Shown here in pieces: positions 1 to 11,894 of a DNA stretch of 52,598 bases. The notes beneath the pieces are model-generated. The model saw nothing but the letters and a program-made list of their open reading frames with translations, made no database searches and was not told the DNA's origin. Source of the DNA: Callorhinchus milii. Lineage: Eukaryota. The stretch lies in contig NW_024705347.1 of assembly GCF_018977255.1 (NCBI RefSeq), forward strand, positions 1 through 52,598, given 5' to 3'. The translations under genes were made by a program, and so were the position numbers. The first letter of the stretch is position 1. Each line of letters starts with the position of its first letter.

Positions 1-1320
1 TTAACTCACACAAAACTCTCACACGCAAACACTCTCACACACTCACAAACCCTCTCTCACACTTACACACACTCTCACACTCAAACTCTCTGATACTCAC
101 GCATATCCTCTCGCAATCTATGATACTGAATCACACACTCACCTACACACATTCACTCACACTCACTGATATTCACACATATTCTCTCACACTTACACAC
201 ACTCTGATACTCACACGCACTCTCTCACAAACACTCACACGCGCACACACTCTCACACACTCACAAACCCTCTCTCACACTGACACACACACTCTCACAC
301 TCACACTTTCTCATACTCAAACACACACTCTCAGTCACACACATTCACTGATTCACACACATTCTCTCACACTTACACACATTCTCCCACACTCACATTC
401 TATGATTCTCACACACACCCTCTTACAAACTCTGACACGCACCCACTCACAAACCCTCTCTCACAGTGACACACACACTCTCACACTCAAAGTCTCTGAT
501 ACTCACACATATTCTCTGATAATTAAACACACTCTCACTCACACACAATCTCTCACACTCTGATATTCACACACATTCTCTCACACTTACACACATACTC
601 ACACACTCTGATACTCACACACACTCTCTCATACTCTCACACAAACTTTCACACGTACGCACACTCTCACACTCTCACATACCCTCTCTCACACTGACAC
701 ACACTCTCACACTCAAACTCTCTGATACTCACACATACTCTCTGATAATCAAACACACACTCTCACACACACTCTCGCACTCTCTGATACTCACACACAC
801 TCTCTCATACTCTCACACAAACTCTCACACGTACACACACTCTCACGCACTCACAAACTCTCTCTCACACTCACTGATACTCACACACACTCTCAAACTT
901 TCACACACACTCGCAAACTCACACGTACTCTCACACACCCTCTCTAACACTAACACACAGTCGCTCACACTCTCTGATAATCACACATACTCTCACATAC
1001 TCACACACAATCCCTCACACTCACAATCTCTGTCTCTCACACAAATCTCACCACTCACACACAATCTCTCACACTCACACTCACAATCTCTGTTACTCAC
1101 ATACTCTCACCCACTCACACGCAATCTCCCACACTCAAACTCACTGATACTAACACACACACTCTCACACATTCTCTCGCACTCTCACATTCTCTCATAC
1201 TCACACACACTCTCTCACTGAAACTCTCTCTAACACACACTCTCACTCACATACAAATACTCTTTCTCGTACACACTTCATCTCTCACAGACTCTCTATT
1301 TCTCACACTCTCGCCGCTTA
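1..1320. repeat. Degenerate (CA)n/(CT)n low-complexity tract
   Basis: Almost entirely cacact/ctctca motifs; the ORFs here are H/T/L/S low-complexity artefacts. Confidence 0.95.
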
Positions 1321-1335
1321 TTCTCTCCCACTGAC

Positions 1336-1500
1336 CTGACCCTCTCTCAGCCCCAATCGTCCAGCAGCTCAGGTCGCTCTCTGTCCGGTCGATCCTCGGC
1401 CATGTTTGATCTTCTCCTCCTTCAATCCTGACGTTGTCTCCGCCCACTCTCTCCCCGTTGGTCCGTTACGAACACTCGCCCCCTCTGCCTGAACTTCCCG
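1336..1500 (-). other. Candidate first exon of a leftward gene, containing an 18-aa short ORF and ending at a 5' splice donor
   Basis: Minus strand reads AAACATGGCC (YY1-like, ATG at 1403), MAEDRPDRERPELLDDWG* (stop 1347-1349), then CAG|GTCAGT at 1336/1335. It lies directly downstream of the CCAAT/GC-box cluster. Confidence 0.4.
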
Positions 1501-1504
1501 TTCG

Positions 1505-2010
1505 TCTGTCTGGTTGTCAAGCAGATGCCGCGCTCTGATAGGTCTGTGCCTACGTCAATCATCTCTAAACCGCTCCACCTTCCGCTCCCTGGTTAACCGT
1601 CACTAGGTCACCGCCCACCCACTCCGCATTGGCCCATTCAAACAGCCGCCCCCTCAGTCAGAGCTTCCCAATGGTCTGTTCACACGTGAACCGATAGTCG
1701 CGCTCTGATAGGTCCAAATCCACGTTAATCATTCCCGCTCCATCCTGCCCCGCGATATCACCAGATGCCACTATTTCGCCGCCCACTCGCTTCCCATTGG
1801 CCCATTCAAACACCCGCCCGTCATGCCGGAGCTTACCATTGGTCAGTTGCCTTTTCAATCAGACTGCGTACTCTGTTAGGTCTGTGAACACGTCAATCGT
1901 CTCCCGTCCTTTGTGCCTTGCGCACTCTCCCTGACTGTCACTCACTCCCCGCCCACTCGCTGCCTATTGGTTCCTTTCAACACTCCGCAGCTCCGTATTG
2001 GTCAACCTGG
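1505..2010 (-). promoter_or_regulatory. CpG-rich promoter-like region built from three degenerate ~170-bp units (GC box, CCAAT, ACGTCA/ACGTTA, TTTGAA-like)
   Basis: Recurring blocks gcgctctgataggtc (~1530, ~1700, variant ~1868) and ccgcccac..cattggcccattcaaaca (~1611, ~1778, variant ~1948). Confidence 0.55.
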
Positions 2011-2444
2011 CTGTCAATCTGCTGCCCTCCCAGTCCTGCCTTTCTCTCCTCTTTTACCCCAGCCTGTGTTTACCAGCTGTCATTGGGAATCGGACTGGAA
2101 TTTCATGGGTATGGCTTTTCCGGGGCTTGTAAACCCTTCAATTGTTTGAAAAAATCATAAAAATTCAATCGATTCAACTCACGATATGCCACTGCACCTT
2201 GCAGTGTGTCCTGTTAAGCGCTTTCAGACGTCTCGATGAGGTGGTCAGACGCTGCAACATTGCAAGGATTATTATTCATATTATAAACTTCTCCATTCTT
2301 GGGACGTCCAGCGTGGAAGGCGCTGTACAAATTTACATGTCAGTCGGAACAAAGGAGCTTTATCTTTTGTATCAGCTCGGCAGTGTTGTTTCCTTTACTA
2401 TTTTATCCTGACAGACAAACCTTGACATGTGTTCACTGAAAACT

Positions 2445-2832
2445 ACAAACAGACAGACACACAATGACACTACTCGCGCTCCCTCCCACCCACACACACA
2501 GAGACACACACATACACACAGACAGACACACACACACAGAACGCACACACAGAGATACACACCACACAGACAGACACACACACACAGAACGCACACACGA
2601 GATACACACAACACAGACAGACACACACACACAGAACGCACACACAGAGATACACACGCACACTCAGACCCACACACAGACACACACACGGACATACGCA
2701 CACACACACAGATTGAAAAACACACAGTCACACATACACACGGAGATAAACACGCAGACACACCACACACATACGCCGACAGACACACACAAAGAACCAT
2801 AGGCACACACACAGACAAACATGCACACACGC
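2445..2832. repeat. (CA)n/(CAGA)n microsatellite
   Basis: Direct inspection. Confidence 0.95.
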
Positions 2833-3785
2833 AACAACAACAACAACAACAAGATTCCATTTATAGAGCGCCTTTCACGTCAGGAGGACGTCCCAAGGCG
2901 CTGCACAGTTGGGTCATGACCCGAGCAGGGGGGAAATGGTCAGGGTGAGGGGAGGGAAGGGAGGGAGAGAGGAGGGGGGAAATGGTCAGGGTGAGGGGAG
3001 GGAAGGGAGGGAGCGAGGAGGAGGAAGAGAGTCGAGAGGGGAGCTGAAGGCTCGGTCAAAGAGAAAGGTTTTGAGACCGGCCTTGAAGGAGGAAAGGGAG
3101 GAAGCAAGGCGAAGGCACTGGGGGATGGAGTTCCAGAGCCTCGGGGCTGAGAGGCTGAAGGCCCGACCACAGATGGTAGGGCGATTGGGGCGGGGGACGT
3201 GGAGCAGACCGGAGCCGGAGGAACGGAGGGTACGGGCAGGTAGGTAGGGGGATAGTAGGTTGGAGAGGTAGGAGGGAGCAAGGCCGTGAATGGCCTTGTA
3301 GGTGAGGATGAGGATCTTGAAATCAATCCTCTGGGGGATGGGGAGCCAGTGGAGGCGAGCGAGGGTGGGAGTGATGAGGTCCCGAAGCCTGGTGCGGGAC
3401 AGTACACGAGCTGCAGAGTTCTGAATGACCTGCAGCTTGTGGAGGGAGGTGGCGGGAAGGCCGGCGAGGAGAGAGTTCCCATAGTCCAGCCTTGAAGTGA
3501 CAAAGGCGTGAACTAGGGTTTCAGCAGCGTGAGGGGTGAGGAAATGCCGTAGTCTGGCGATGTTCCGGAGGTGATGGAAGGCGGTGCCAGTTGTGGTGCG
3601 GATGTGAGGGAGAAAGGACAGCTCAGGGTCGAACTAAACGCCGAGGTTCCTGACTGGCTTTGAGAGGTGGAGAGTGCAGCCTTGGATGCTGATGGTGTCA
3701 GCTCCTGAGGTGCGGAGGCGCTGACGCGAACCAATCAGGAGGGCCTCGGTTTTTCGCACGTTGAGCTGAAGAAAGTTGTCTCTCG
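2833..3785 (-). mobile_element. 5'-truncated L2-clade LINE (end of ORF2, 3' UTR and (TTG)n tail)
   Basis: Minus-strand translation gives NFLQLNVRKTEALLIG and ARLHWLPIPQRIDFKILILTYKAIHGLAP, typical of the L2 ORF2 C-terminus. The 3' tail is GGGACGTCCTCCTGACGTGAAAGGCGCTCTATAAATGGAATC(TTG)n. Confidence 0.9.
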
Positions 3786-4259
3786 TCAAGACTAATGATT
3801 TAAATTGGAAGGGTTATTATTAATGATTTATTATTATTATTGAAATATTTGTATCTGGAATTAATCTGTACAGTTACTAACGATTCCAACGGCTTCCAGG
3901 CTCCACATTCACCACACTAAATGTTTATCCTCCGGCTGAAGATCCAGTACATGTGCATTCGACCGAGATACAACACAACAATAGCCACAACTATTGTTTA
4001 CACAGTGTATTATTGCCAATGATTCATTATTTTATTATTGCCAAGTTGTAGAGAAAGCGGAGCAAAGGGTAAAGGGCAAAGTAAGTTCAGGTCTGATCTG
4101 AAGAAGGGCATGGAGGGAGGGGTAAGGAGGAAGCCTCCTCGAGGGCAATACCTTTGCCATGAAATCCAAAACACAATTACCACATCTTCCTGCCCATAAT
4201 GTCAAACAAAACCTTCCCACTGAGCGATCGTTGCAACAGTTGTAGGTGCAGTGATTGAG

Positions 4260-4935
4260 CGTCAATGCTACGATGTCTGGAAACCGATCAATGTGTCCTC
4301 CTCGGTACACACATATACGTTGGTGACACGATTCCCGTTTATAATTCGCAGCACATATCTGAATGACATCGCTCTTCAGAGCCGTGCAAGCAACTTTACA
4401 GGTCAACTTGCGGTCTACCAGCCATCTTGGTAATTTCAAGGTCCACATTCAGTGTCGCATACCAGGAGTCCATGTCCTTGTTGGTTCGCCACTGTGAAAC
4501 GGACTCCAGCACAAGGATGCTCAATGCAACGGCAGTGTAGTTTTGAGCTCTACCCCATTGCAGCCATTTTCCTTTTACCCCAAGTCTTCCACAACGCAAG
4601 TGGTAGACACTGCAATTGATCTGGAAGACATCTATCTGTGGCAAACAGAGGAGCTCCCAAGCTACAATGCGGAGACATGTCGTATAAGATTGACTCAGAT
4701 TTTACAAGGCAGAAAGATAACTTGCATTGGAACATTGCTTTCTTTTAACTGAGGCGAGCATGACTGGAGAGGTCTTGTCAGAGAAGAACAGAACTGTGTC
4801 CAAGCAAAAGTTTGCATAGAATAAGCGAATTTTACAGCACAAAAAGAGGCCAATCGTCCCATCGTACCTGTGCCAGCTGCATGCAAAGCTACCGAATGAC
4901 TCCCACTCCCACATTCTTTTCCCACAGCCGGAATT
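4260..4935 (+). mobile_element. Highly decayed RTE-like LINE 3' fragment (also at ~30960-31630)
   Basis: Broken-frame motifs in the expected order: IKVYSKA and HLGIC (copy B), RGAPKL, DWRGLVRE, then TCASC...FFSHSR resembling the terminal RTE CxxC..SHxR motif. Confidence 0.45.
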
Positions 4936-5851
4936 TTTTTTACTTTTGCAAGTGGATATCCAATTCACTTATCGGAAGTTTATATGACATCTGCTTTTAT
5001 CTCCTTTTCAGGCAGTGGCTTTCAGGTGATACAATCTCGCAGGGCAAATAAATGTCTCTGTCTCCAGATGAATCGTGCAGAAGCAGGATCATGGTCAGGA
5101 AAGCCTTGAACACGTACTCCATGTAAATGATCCTCGGGGGCATCATAATTAATGAACACATCTAAAGTGGTGGGTGATCATGGCCTTGTCTTGTCTTACC
5201 CCCACTTCAACAGGAATGTTTTCAGAGACCAGCGACAACCCTCACATGGATTATAGAGATGGAACGCACATTCTGAATGAAATCAAAATGTTTGGCCTTA
5301 TACTTCCATGGATTCCAGTCTCAAAAAAATGCTTGACGATCTTGCGAAAATCAACTAAACCAACGGAGTTGGATTTTTCGCTCAGACTTTGAGGATCTGT
5401 GCTGTCATATCGTAAGCCATACCCTATGTCGCACACTTTAGATACGACATTATAAGTCAGAATGGTTCTTCAATGTCAAACAATGTGCCTCCAACCCATG
5501 TGACTTATGTGTAGTGATAACATGAAGCGATCAGCAATGAAACACTGAAATCAGTGAAGTTCCTCTGTATATGTATCTCTGAATGAGTTAAATCTTCTGT
5601 GGAAAATGACCACAATTCATCTCTGGAACAATGATGGTGGACTTGCCTCATAAATCTGTTGTCCAGCACTAAGAGGACAGTTTCTCGTCGCGTTTGTCGG
5701 TTTCTGGCAGCAACCTGTATGATTCTCATTGTTTTAATCACACAAGTAACCCATATCATTCTTCTATTACTTAGAGCAAATATCTCTTGGTCACGCATGA
5801 AATGAAGGCATTCTGTGCTGTCATATCACAAACCCTACCCAATCTCGCATA

Positions 5852-6457
5852 ACTTCACAAACGGTGTTTCTAATTCTGTCTCCCTCTCTCTCTCTCTAAC
5901 TCTCTCACACGCTCTCTTTCTCTCTTTCACACTCTGTCTAACTCTCTCTCTCTAACTCTCTCTGTCTCTGTTTCTCTCTCTGTCTCTGTCTCTCTCTGTC
6001 TCTGTGTCTCTCTGTCTCCGATTCCCCTCATCCTGAGTCTTCAAAGTGCAACAGTGCAAAGTATTTCCAATTCTGCATTAATATTAAATATGTCGATGTG
6101 TTTTTGCATTACTTTGTGTTTAAGTAAGAAACCATTTTATGTGTAAAAAACTGGAAACGGATTTGCAAAGTCGCCACATTCCAGGAATTAATGGGACAGA
6201 GATAGAGAGAGTGTGAGAGAGAGTTATAGAGAGTGAGAGAGTGTGAGAGCGAGTTAGAGAGAGAGAGAGAAAGAGAGTTAGAGAGAGAGAGCTAGAGTTA
6301 GAGAGAGAGACAGAGAGTTGGAGATCGAGAGAATTAGAGAGAGTGTTTGAGAGAGTGAGAGAGAGAGAGAGTGTGTGAGAGAGTGTGAGAGAGATTTAGA
6401 GAGAGAGTGAGAGCGATTTAGAGAGAGAGACTTAGAGAGAGAGTGTGTGTGAGAGTC

Positions 6458-6497
<40 letters not shown>

Positions 6498-6521
6498 AGA
6501 GAGACACTCCGTTCGTGAAGT
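5852..6521. mobile_element. MITE/foldback-like unit with ~30-bp imperfect terminal inverted repeats, (CT)n and (GA)n arms and one central ~155-bp monomer
   Basis: Left end acttcacaaacggtgtttctaattc versus right end gaattagagagacactccgttcgtgaagt. The same layout occurs at ~32103-32749 and ~34937-35611. Confidence 0.5.
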
Positions 6522-6689
6522 GACTGTGTAAATATATTGACAGTAAAACCTGTGGTTATTGTGTGGGTTTGAATCTGATGTTTTGAGTCACAGATCTACT
6601 CACAGTTTCACTTTGTGTTTCAGATAATTTTTCACCATTTAAACCTTTTTAATGGATCGCAAAGACTGAGTTTAAGGCGGAATTTGGGG

Positions 6690-7630
6690 TTTGATAAACG
6701 ATTCGCACTTTATACCCCGAAAGTCCGGGGCACTATTACACCCACTTCCTCGGTTTGTCCCCCGGGGTTTGGGATCAAAACCCAAACGCAAATTGAATGC
6801 AAAAATCGGTTTATATGTTTAATATTAATGCAGAATTGGGAATATTTTGCACCGATGCCCTTTGAACCCCGTGATCCGGGGGTTCACAATCCGCTTCCGA
6901 TGTAATTTTTTCTAGATTTGGGGTTAAGATTAAAACCCGAAGTCATCGAGAAAAAAAAAACACGTCGACGCCGTCGATGTCAATGCCAAAAAAAACGGAC
7001 TGTCATAAACTCTGGCACTTTGAGCCCCGGGAACGTGGGTGACTTTGCAAACCGTTCCCGAGTGTTACACAGAGAGCGGATTGGGATTTAAACGCAAAGT
7101 TAATGCGAAAAGACTTCGATGTCTTTGGTGTCAGTTCAGAAATGGGGATGTGTTGCAATTGTGCGCATTGAGCTCTGAGGGCGTTGGGACTCAGAGAGAC
7201 GGACACACACAGACAGATACTCAGCGACACACAGCGGCCATTGCGGCTCTGTCCCGGTGAACCCCAGACTTGGAGGCCGAGGGTTCGGGAACGCACACCT
7301 TCCCCGATGACAGCCCATAATCCCGGGAACAGTTCCCCTGCAATTAATTCACCTGAAAGTGGGAATCGACCTCCAATGGCCCCAAACACCGCTGAAACCC
7401 GGGAAGCGGTTCGCTATGGTGAAGGCGTTCCCAATTCTGCGTTAATCTCTCGATGGTATCGATGTGTTTTTTGGCGTCGAATTTGGGTGTCGATAATCAC
7501 CTGCTATCCGGGTAACAACATGGGAAACGGGTTTAGAAGTCCCCGCGTCCCCGGGGTTTAAAGTGCATCGGTGCAAAATGTTCCCAATTCTGCATTAATC
7601 TCAAACGTATCGACCGCTTATTGCATTAAC
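6690..7630. repeat. Inverted array of degenerate ~155-bp monomers
   Basis: gc(a/c)cttt..ccccg recurs at ~6705, 6857 and 7015; cccaattctgc recurs at ~7430 and 7583. Segment 6824-6875 is a near-perfect reverse complement of 7549-7600. Confidence 0.7.
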
Positions 7631-7722
7631 TCTCTCCCATTGTCTCACACTCATTCCCTATTTTCCCCTCTCTCTCTGTCTCTCACTGTCAATCAGCCGC
7701 TGAGCCTCTGCTACAATCTCCT

Positions 7723-8785
7723 GATGTGTGGGGAGGGGGTCTCTATGTGTGGGAAAGGGGGCGGTGTGTTTGGGGAGGGGGGCCTGTATGTGTTTGGAGG
7801 AGAGCTGTGTGTGTGGGGATGGGGACTGTATGTGTGGGAGGGGGGGCTGTATATGTGGGGAGGAGGGCTGTGTGTGGCGAGGGGGACTGTGTGTGTGGGG
7901 AGGGGGGGCGATGTGTGTGGGGAGGGGAGGCTGTGTGTGTGGAGGGGGGGCTGTATGTGTGGGGAGGCGGCTGCGTGTGTGGGACGGGGGCAGTATGTGT
8001 GGGGAGGGGGGCTGTATGTGTGGGGAGGGGGCTGTATATGTGGGGGAAGGGGCTGTATTTGTGGGGAGGGGGGGATGTTTCTGTTGGGAGGGGGCTGTAT
8101 GTGTGGGGAGGGGGATGTATGTGTGCGGAGGGGGGTTGTATGTGTGGGGAGGGAGGCTGTATGTTTGGGGATGGGGCTGTATATGCGGGGAGGTGGGGCT
8201 GCACGTGTGGGAAGTGGGGACTGTTTGTGTGGGAAGGGGTCTGTTTGTGTGGGGAGGGGGGCTGTACATGTGTGGTGTTGGCGCTGTCTGTGGTGGGGGG
8301 TGTGCTCTGTGTGGGGTTTGTGGGTGGGGAACGGTGTACGTGTGGGGAGGGTACCTGTGTGTGTATGGAGGGAATGGGGATGTGTGTGTGTGGGGGGGGG
8401 GGGGGCGCACTGTGTGTGTGTGGTGAGGGGGTTTGTGTGTGAGGGTTCTGTGTGTGTGGGGGGGCGCGACTGTGTCTTGGTGTGGGCGACTGTGTGTTTG
8501 TGTAGGTGGGTAGTCCTGTGTGTGGGGCGCGGGTGCTTTATGTCCTAACTGTGGGGACGCATATGTGGTTTGTGGGTTGTGGGGTGTTTGTGTGTTAAGG
8601 TGCTGTGCGTGTGTGTGCGGGGCTGTGTGTGTGGGGGAGAGCTGTTTGTGGGGGTGTCTGTGTGTGGGGGGAGGGGCGGCAGTGCGTGTGGTTTGCGGGG
8701 GCCTGGGGTGTGCGGCGAGTGTCTGCATGCGTGGAGTGCGGGGGGGGTGTTGGTCAGTGTAGGAGGGGAGGGTCCGGGTGTGTAT
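7723..8785 (+). repeat. G/T-rich minisatellite (~21-bp unit TGTGTGGGGAGGGGGCTGTA) with G-quadruplex potential
   Basis: Many tandem GGGG/GGGGG runs. Copies at ~33968-34396 and ~36827-37890. Confidence 0.9.
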
Positions 8786-9186
8786 GAAGCCACTCAGCCC
8801 AGTCAGTCTGAATCAGACCCCCACCCAACCCGCAATCACATGGGGTAAATAACTGACCCCCAACAGCAGAACAGTATAGAGTGTAACCTGATCGGCTTCA
8901 GAGCGAAAAACTACAACAACACATTGATCAACTGCTCATAAACTTATCTTTTAAACTACAAACAGCCCCTATTCCGCTGGAATTAAACCGCTAAACATAT
9001 CTGATTCTGATGGTAATAACCGGGGAGAGAAGGTACCTTCAGACCTATAAATACACTGTAATATATAAAATGTAGTGAAGTGATGTGAGCGCCGACAGTG
9101 GAGGCCATGATTGGTGTCAGTGGGGACACACGGGCTCTCATTTCTCACCGCGCCATTCTGTTATACCCTCCAGCGGCCACACGCCA

Positions 9187-9380
9187 TGGTGACAGCCTGA
9201 CATGTGCACAACAGCCACGCGTGTGTGAGGTCCCCTGGTGACAGCCTGACATGTGCACAACAGCCACGCGTGTGTGAGGTCCCCTGGTGACAGCCTGACA
9301 TGTGCACAACAGCCACGCGTGTGTGAGGTCCCCTGGTGACAGCCTGACATGTGCACAACAGCCACGCGTGTGTGAGGTCC
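9187..9380 (+). repeat. Perfect 49-bp tandem repeat, ~4 copies
   Basis: Unit tggtgacagcctgacatgtgcacaacagccacgcgtgtgtgaggtcccc starts at 9187, 9236, 9285 and 9334. Confidence 0.97.
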
Positions 9381-9529
9381 GGCAGGAGATGGCGGTTCCC
9401 CAACACGTGGACAGGAGAGAAGGCGACAAACTGCTGCACTGGAGTCTTCACTGTGAGTCAATGGTGTTGGATCGAGTGGATCTCCGCTGCAGATCAAACA
9501 TTAGTTATTTCCTTCACTTCTCAAAGCAG

Positions 9530-9770
9530 CTTCTCGTGTGGGGCTGCGAACAGCACCGGGTCCTGGAAAACTTTCCCACAGGAACAGCTTCTTTCACAGC
9601 ATTTGCGGTGTTCCGTGTGTTTGGGATTTCACAAAACTCTTCACACATTCAGAACATTTATAGAGTTTCTCTCCTGAGATCGATCGCTGGTGACTCTGCA
9701 CAGATCCGGGTGTGAACCCCTTTTCTCCGACAGCATCAGTGATAGATCCCGGACACTCTCTCTGCTGTGA
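9530..9770 (-). pseudogene. Decayed C2H2 zinc-finger exon remnant
   Basis: HQRSISGEKLYKCSECVKSF (9633-9692) matches the Kruppel consensus HQRxHTGEKPYKCxECGKxF. CSCGKVF follows in another frame, and an acceptor-like ccctcacag lies upstream. Ligand residues are lost and frames are broken. Confidence 0.65.
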
Positions 9771-11894
9771 GGGTACAGTTTGGGAACAAGCTGCGGGGCG
9801 GCGGCATGACATCGCGGGGAGGGATGGGGGAGAGGGTGGAGTGGGGGATTGGGGATGGGGTGGAGAGGGTGGGGGAGAACCGCTGACGTCCAAGTTTAGT
9901 TTCAGGAGTGTGCGCGCAACAATAAAAAAAAACCTCTGCGCCCCCCCCCCCCTCCCAGGGCTCGCATCAGGGACCACCATGGTCCTGTGGGGTTGGCCGG
10001 GCACACACACTGCCACCACAGCACCATACAGATAGACACAGCCCCAATCCCACACAAGCGGCCCACACCGTACGCATGCAAACAGTTGTTATTCGATTGG
10101 TGTATCACTTTCTGCGGTGAGCAATTCCTCCAAAATAATAATAGTCACAATAGTGTTGTGCCTCAATCGATGACATTCTGTGGGGATGTCGCTGTGTGCG
10201 ATTGTTTACCGTGTTTCACACACAAAACACAGTCGCTACACTTTATAATGTATTCTGTGAAGTGCTTGAAGACGTCTCGAAGATGTGATGCGGCGTATTG
10301 TCAATTTTTAATAATAGTATAACAAAAAGGGGTTTAACCTATCCCTCCCCCCATCAGCCTCCTGTCCCCCCTTCAATTGCATGGACGACCTCGCTTTAGT
10401 GCACAAATACGGTCTACAGACGGAAATCCTCCTCCAGCACCACCCCCCCCACCCCCACCACTCTCTGTCTCCTGATTGCAGCAGTGCCGCCAGCGGCTGA
10501 TTGAGAGAGAGAGAGTGAGAGAGAAAGAAAGAGGGAGTAAGTGTGAGAGAGAGGGAGAGATTTAAGACGTTGCGTGATTTTTTTTTACCGCGAAAAATAA
10601 TTGAAATGAAGATTACACCGGGATTATGAGTGGTCACCGGAGAAGGTGCCGGGTCTCCAGTGATTGCGAATGGTTCGTGTGAGAGGGCACAGAGTGTGTG
10701 TGGGGGAGCACAGGAGTGTCACAGTGTCATTAAGTGAGGAGAATGGGAAGAGAGAGGGATTGAGCGATGGGAGAGTGGGAGTGCGTGAGAGGATGGAGAG
10801 AATGATGGAGAGTGTATCAGAATGTGTGGGAGAGGCGGGGAGAGAGCGATCGTAAGATAGTGAGGGCAGAGTGTCTGACGGTGCGAGACAGCAGGAGGGG
10901 GAGAGAAGGAGAAATAAAGAGAAAGAGAGCAGAAATAGAAAGAGAGGTGAAGTGAGGACAGTGTTTCTTGCTTCACTGTCAGGACAGACTATCGGAGCCC
11001 CATTGGCCGCCGCGGGGGGTTGGGCGCGAGGTCAGATGCCGTGAAATATGTCGTGCAGTTTCCTCACAGAAAACTCCCCCTTTCCCCAGTGAGAGACTCC
11101 TCTAAGCCCATCATTTCCCTCCTCCCAACTTACCCGCGCGACCTCCTTAACCGGCCATTCCCTTTGCGCAGGAAACACAGCTCCTTCATGTCACCCCCAA
11201 CCCATCTGCCCCAACAGCACCATTTTGCTCCCATTGCCCGGAGCTCCATTCCCAGTGTCCCTTTGATTCGCCCCCTCCCTACACTCTTTTAAAGCACATC
11301 AAGACCTATCTCTCTGAGTGTATTTCCAGTTATCTCCCCCCTCGCCGCCTCTCTCGGGTCCCACCCCCCGCTCGGGTGTCCAGCTGGCAGTGCTGATCGC
11401 CTCGAGACCTCCCCCTGACGGGAAAAGGTTTCGGTGTCAAAGTTGTTATGTTTTTGAAAACAAAACACAAACATATCGCTTATGCCCCACTCCCCCCCCC
11501 CTACCCCGCTCGTCCCGATACAGAGTAAAGCTCCCTCTGCTCTTCACATCTCGATCCATCTCTTGTCCCGCTCCCTTGGCCTATCTGAACATACTGTTGG
11601 GCAATAACCCGTCTGTCCTGTTTTATATATCGCTATAAAGTCACCTCACATTCATCTGTGTTTGGGGACGAAGGTTATCTTTACGTCCCTCACATGAGAA
11701 AATGAGAGAATAAAAATGAAGGAAAACGGCAACTGATTCCGTGCCGATGGCTTTAATATTAGTCATAGTTCATTGTAACATTACTGTAAACGTCGACAGT
11801 GCCTCAGCCGTATGGTAAAGGAGTGATATATACACTGATTAATATCCCTGTCCCACAACCCTCAACTCCACCACCAACATCCCCTCCCACCATA

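Noticed and set aside
120..2948. His/Thr-rich and Cys/Val-rich ORFs
   Set aside because: Translations of CA/CT microsatellites.
7571..8848. Long Gly/Cys/Val- or Pro/His/Thr-rich ORFs of up to 356 aa (also 33935-34551 and 36675-37954)
   Set aside because: Open in several frames on both strands because the minisatellite lacks stops; frames are not conserved between copies.
9187..9380. CRISPR-like regular repeats (also 38293-38486 and 43948-45470)
   Set aside because: Units are contiguous with no unique spacers, there are no cas genes, and the context is vertebrate.
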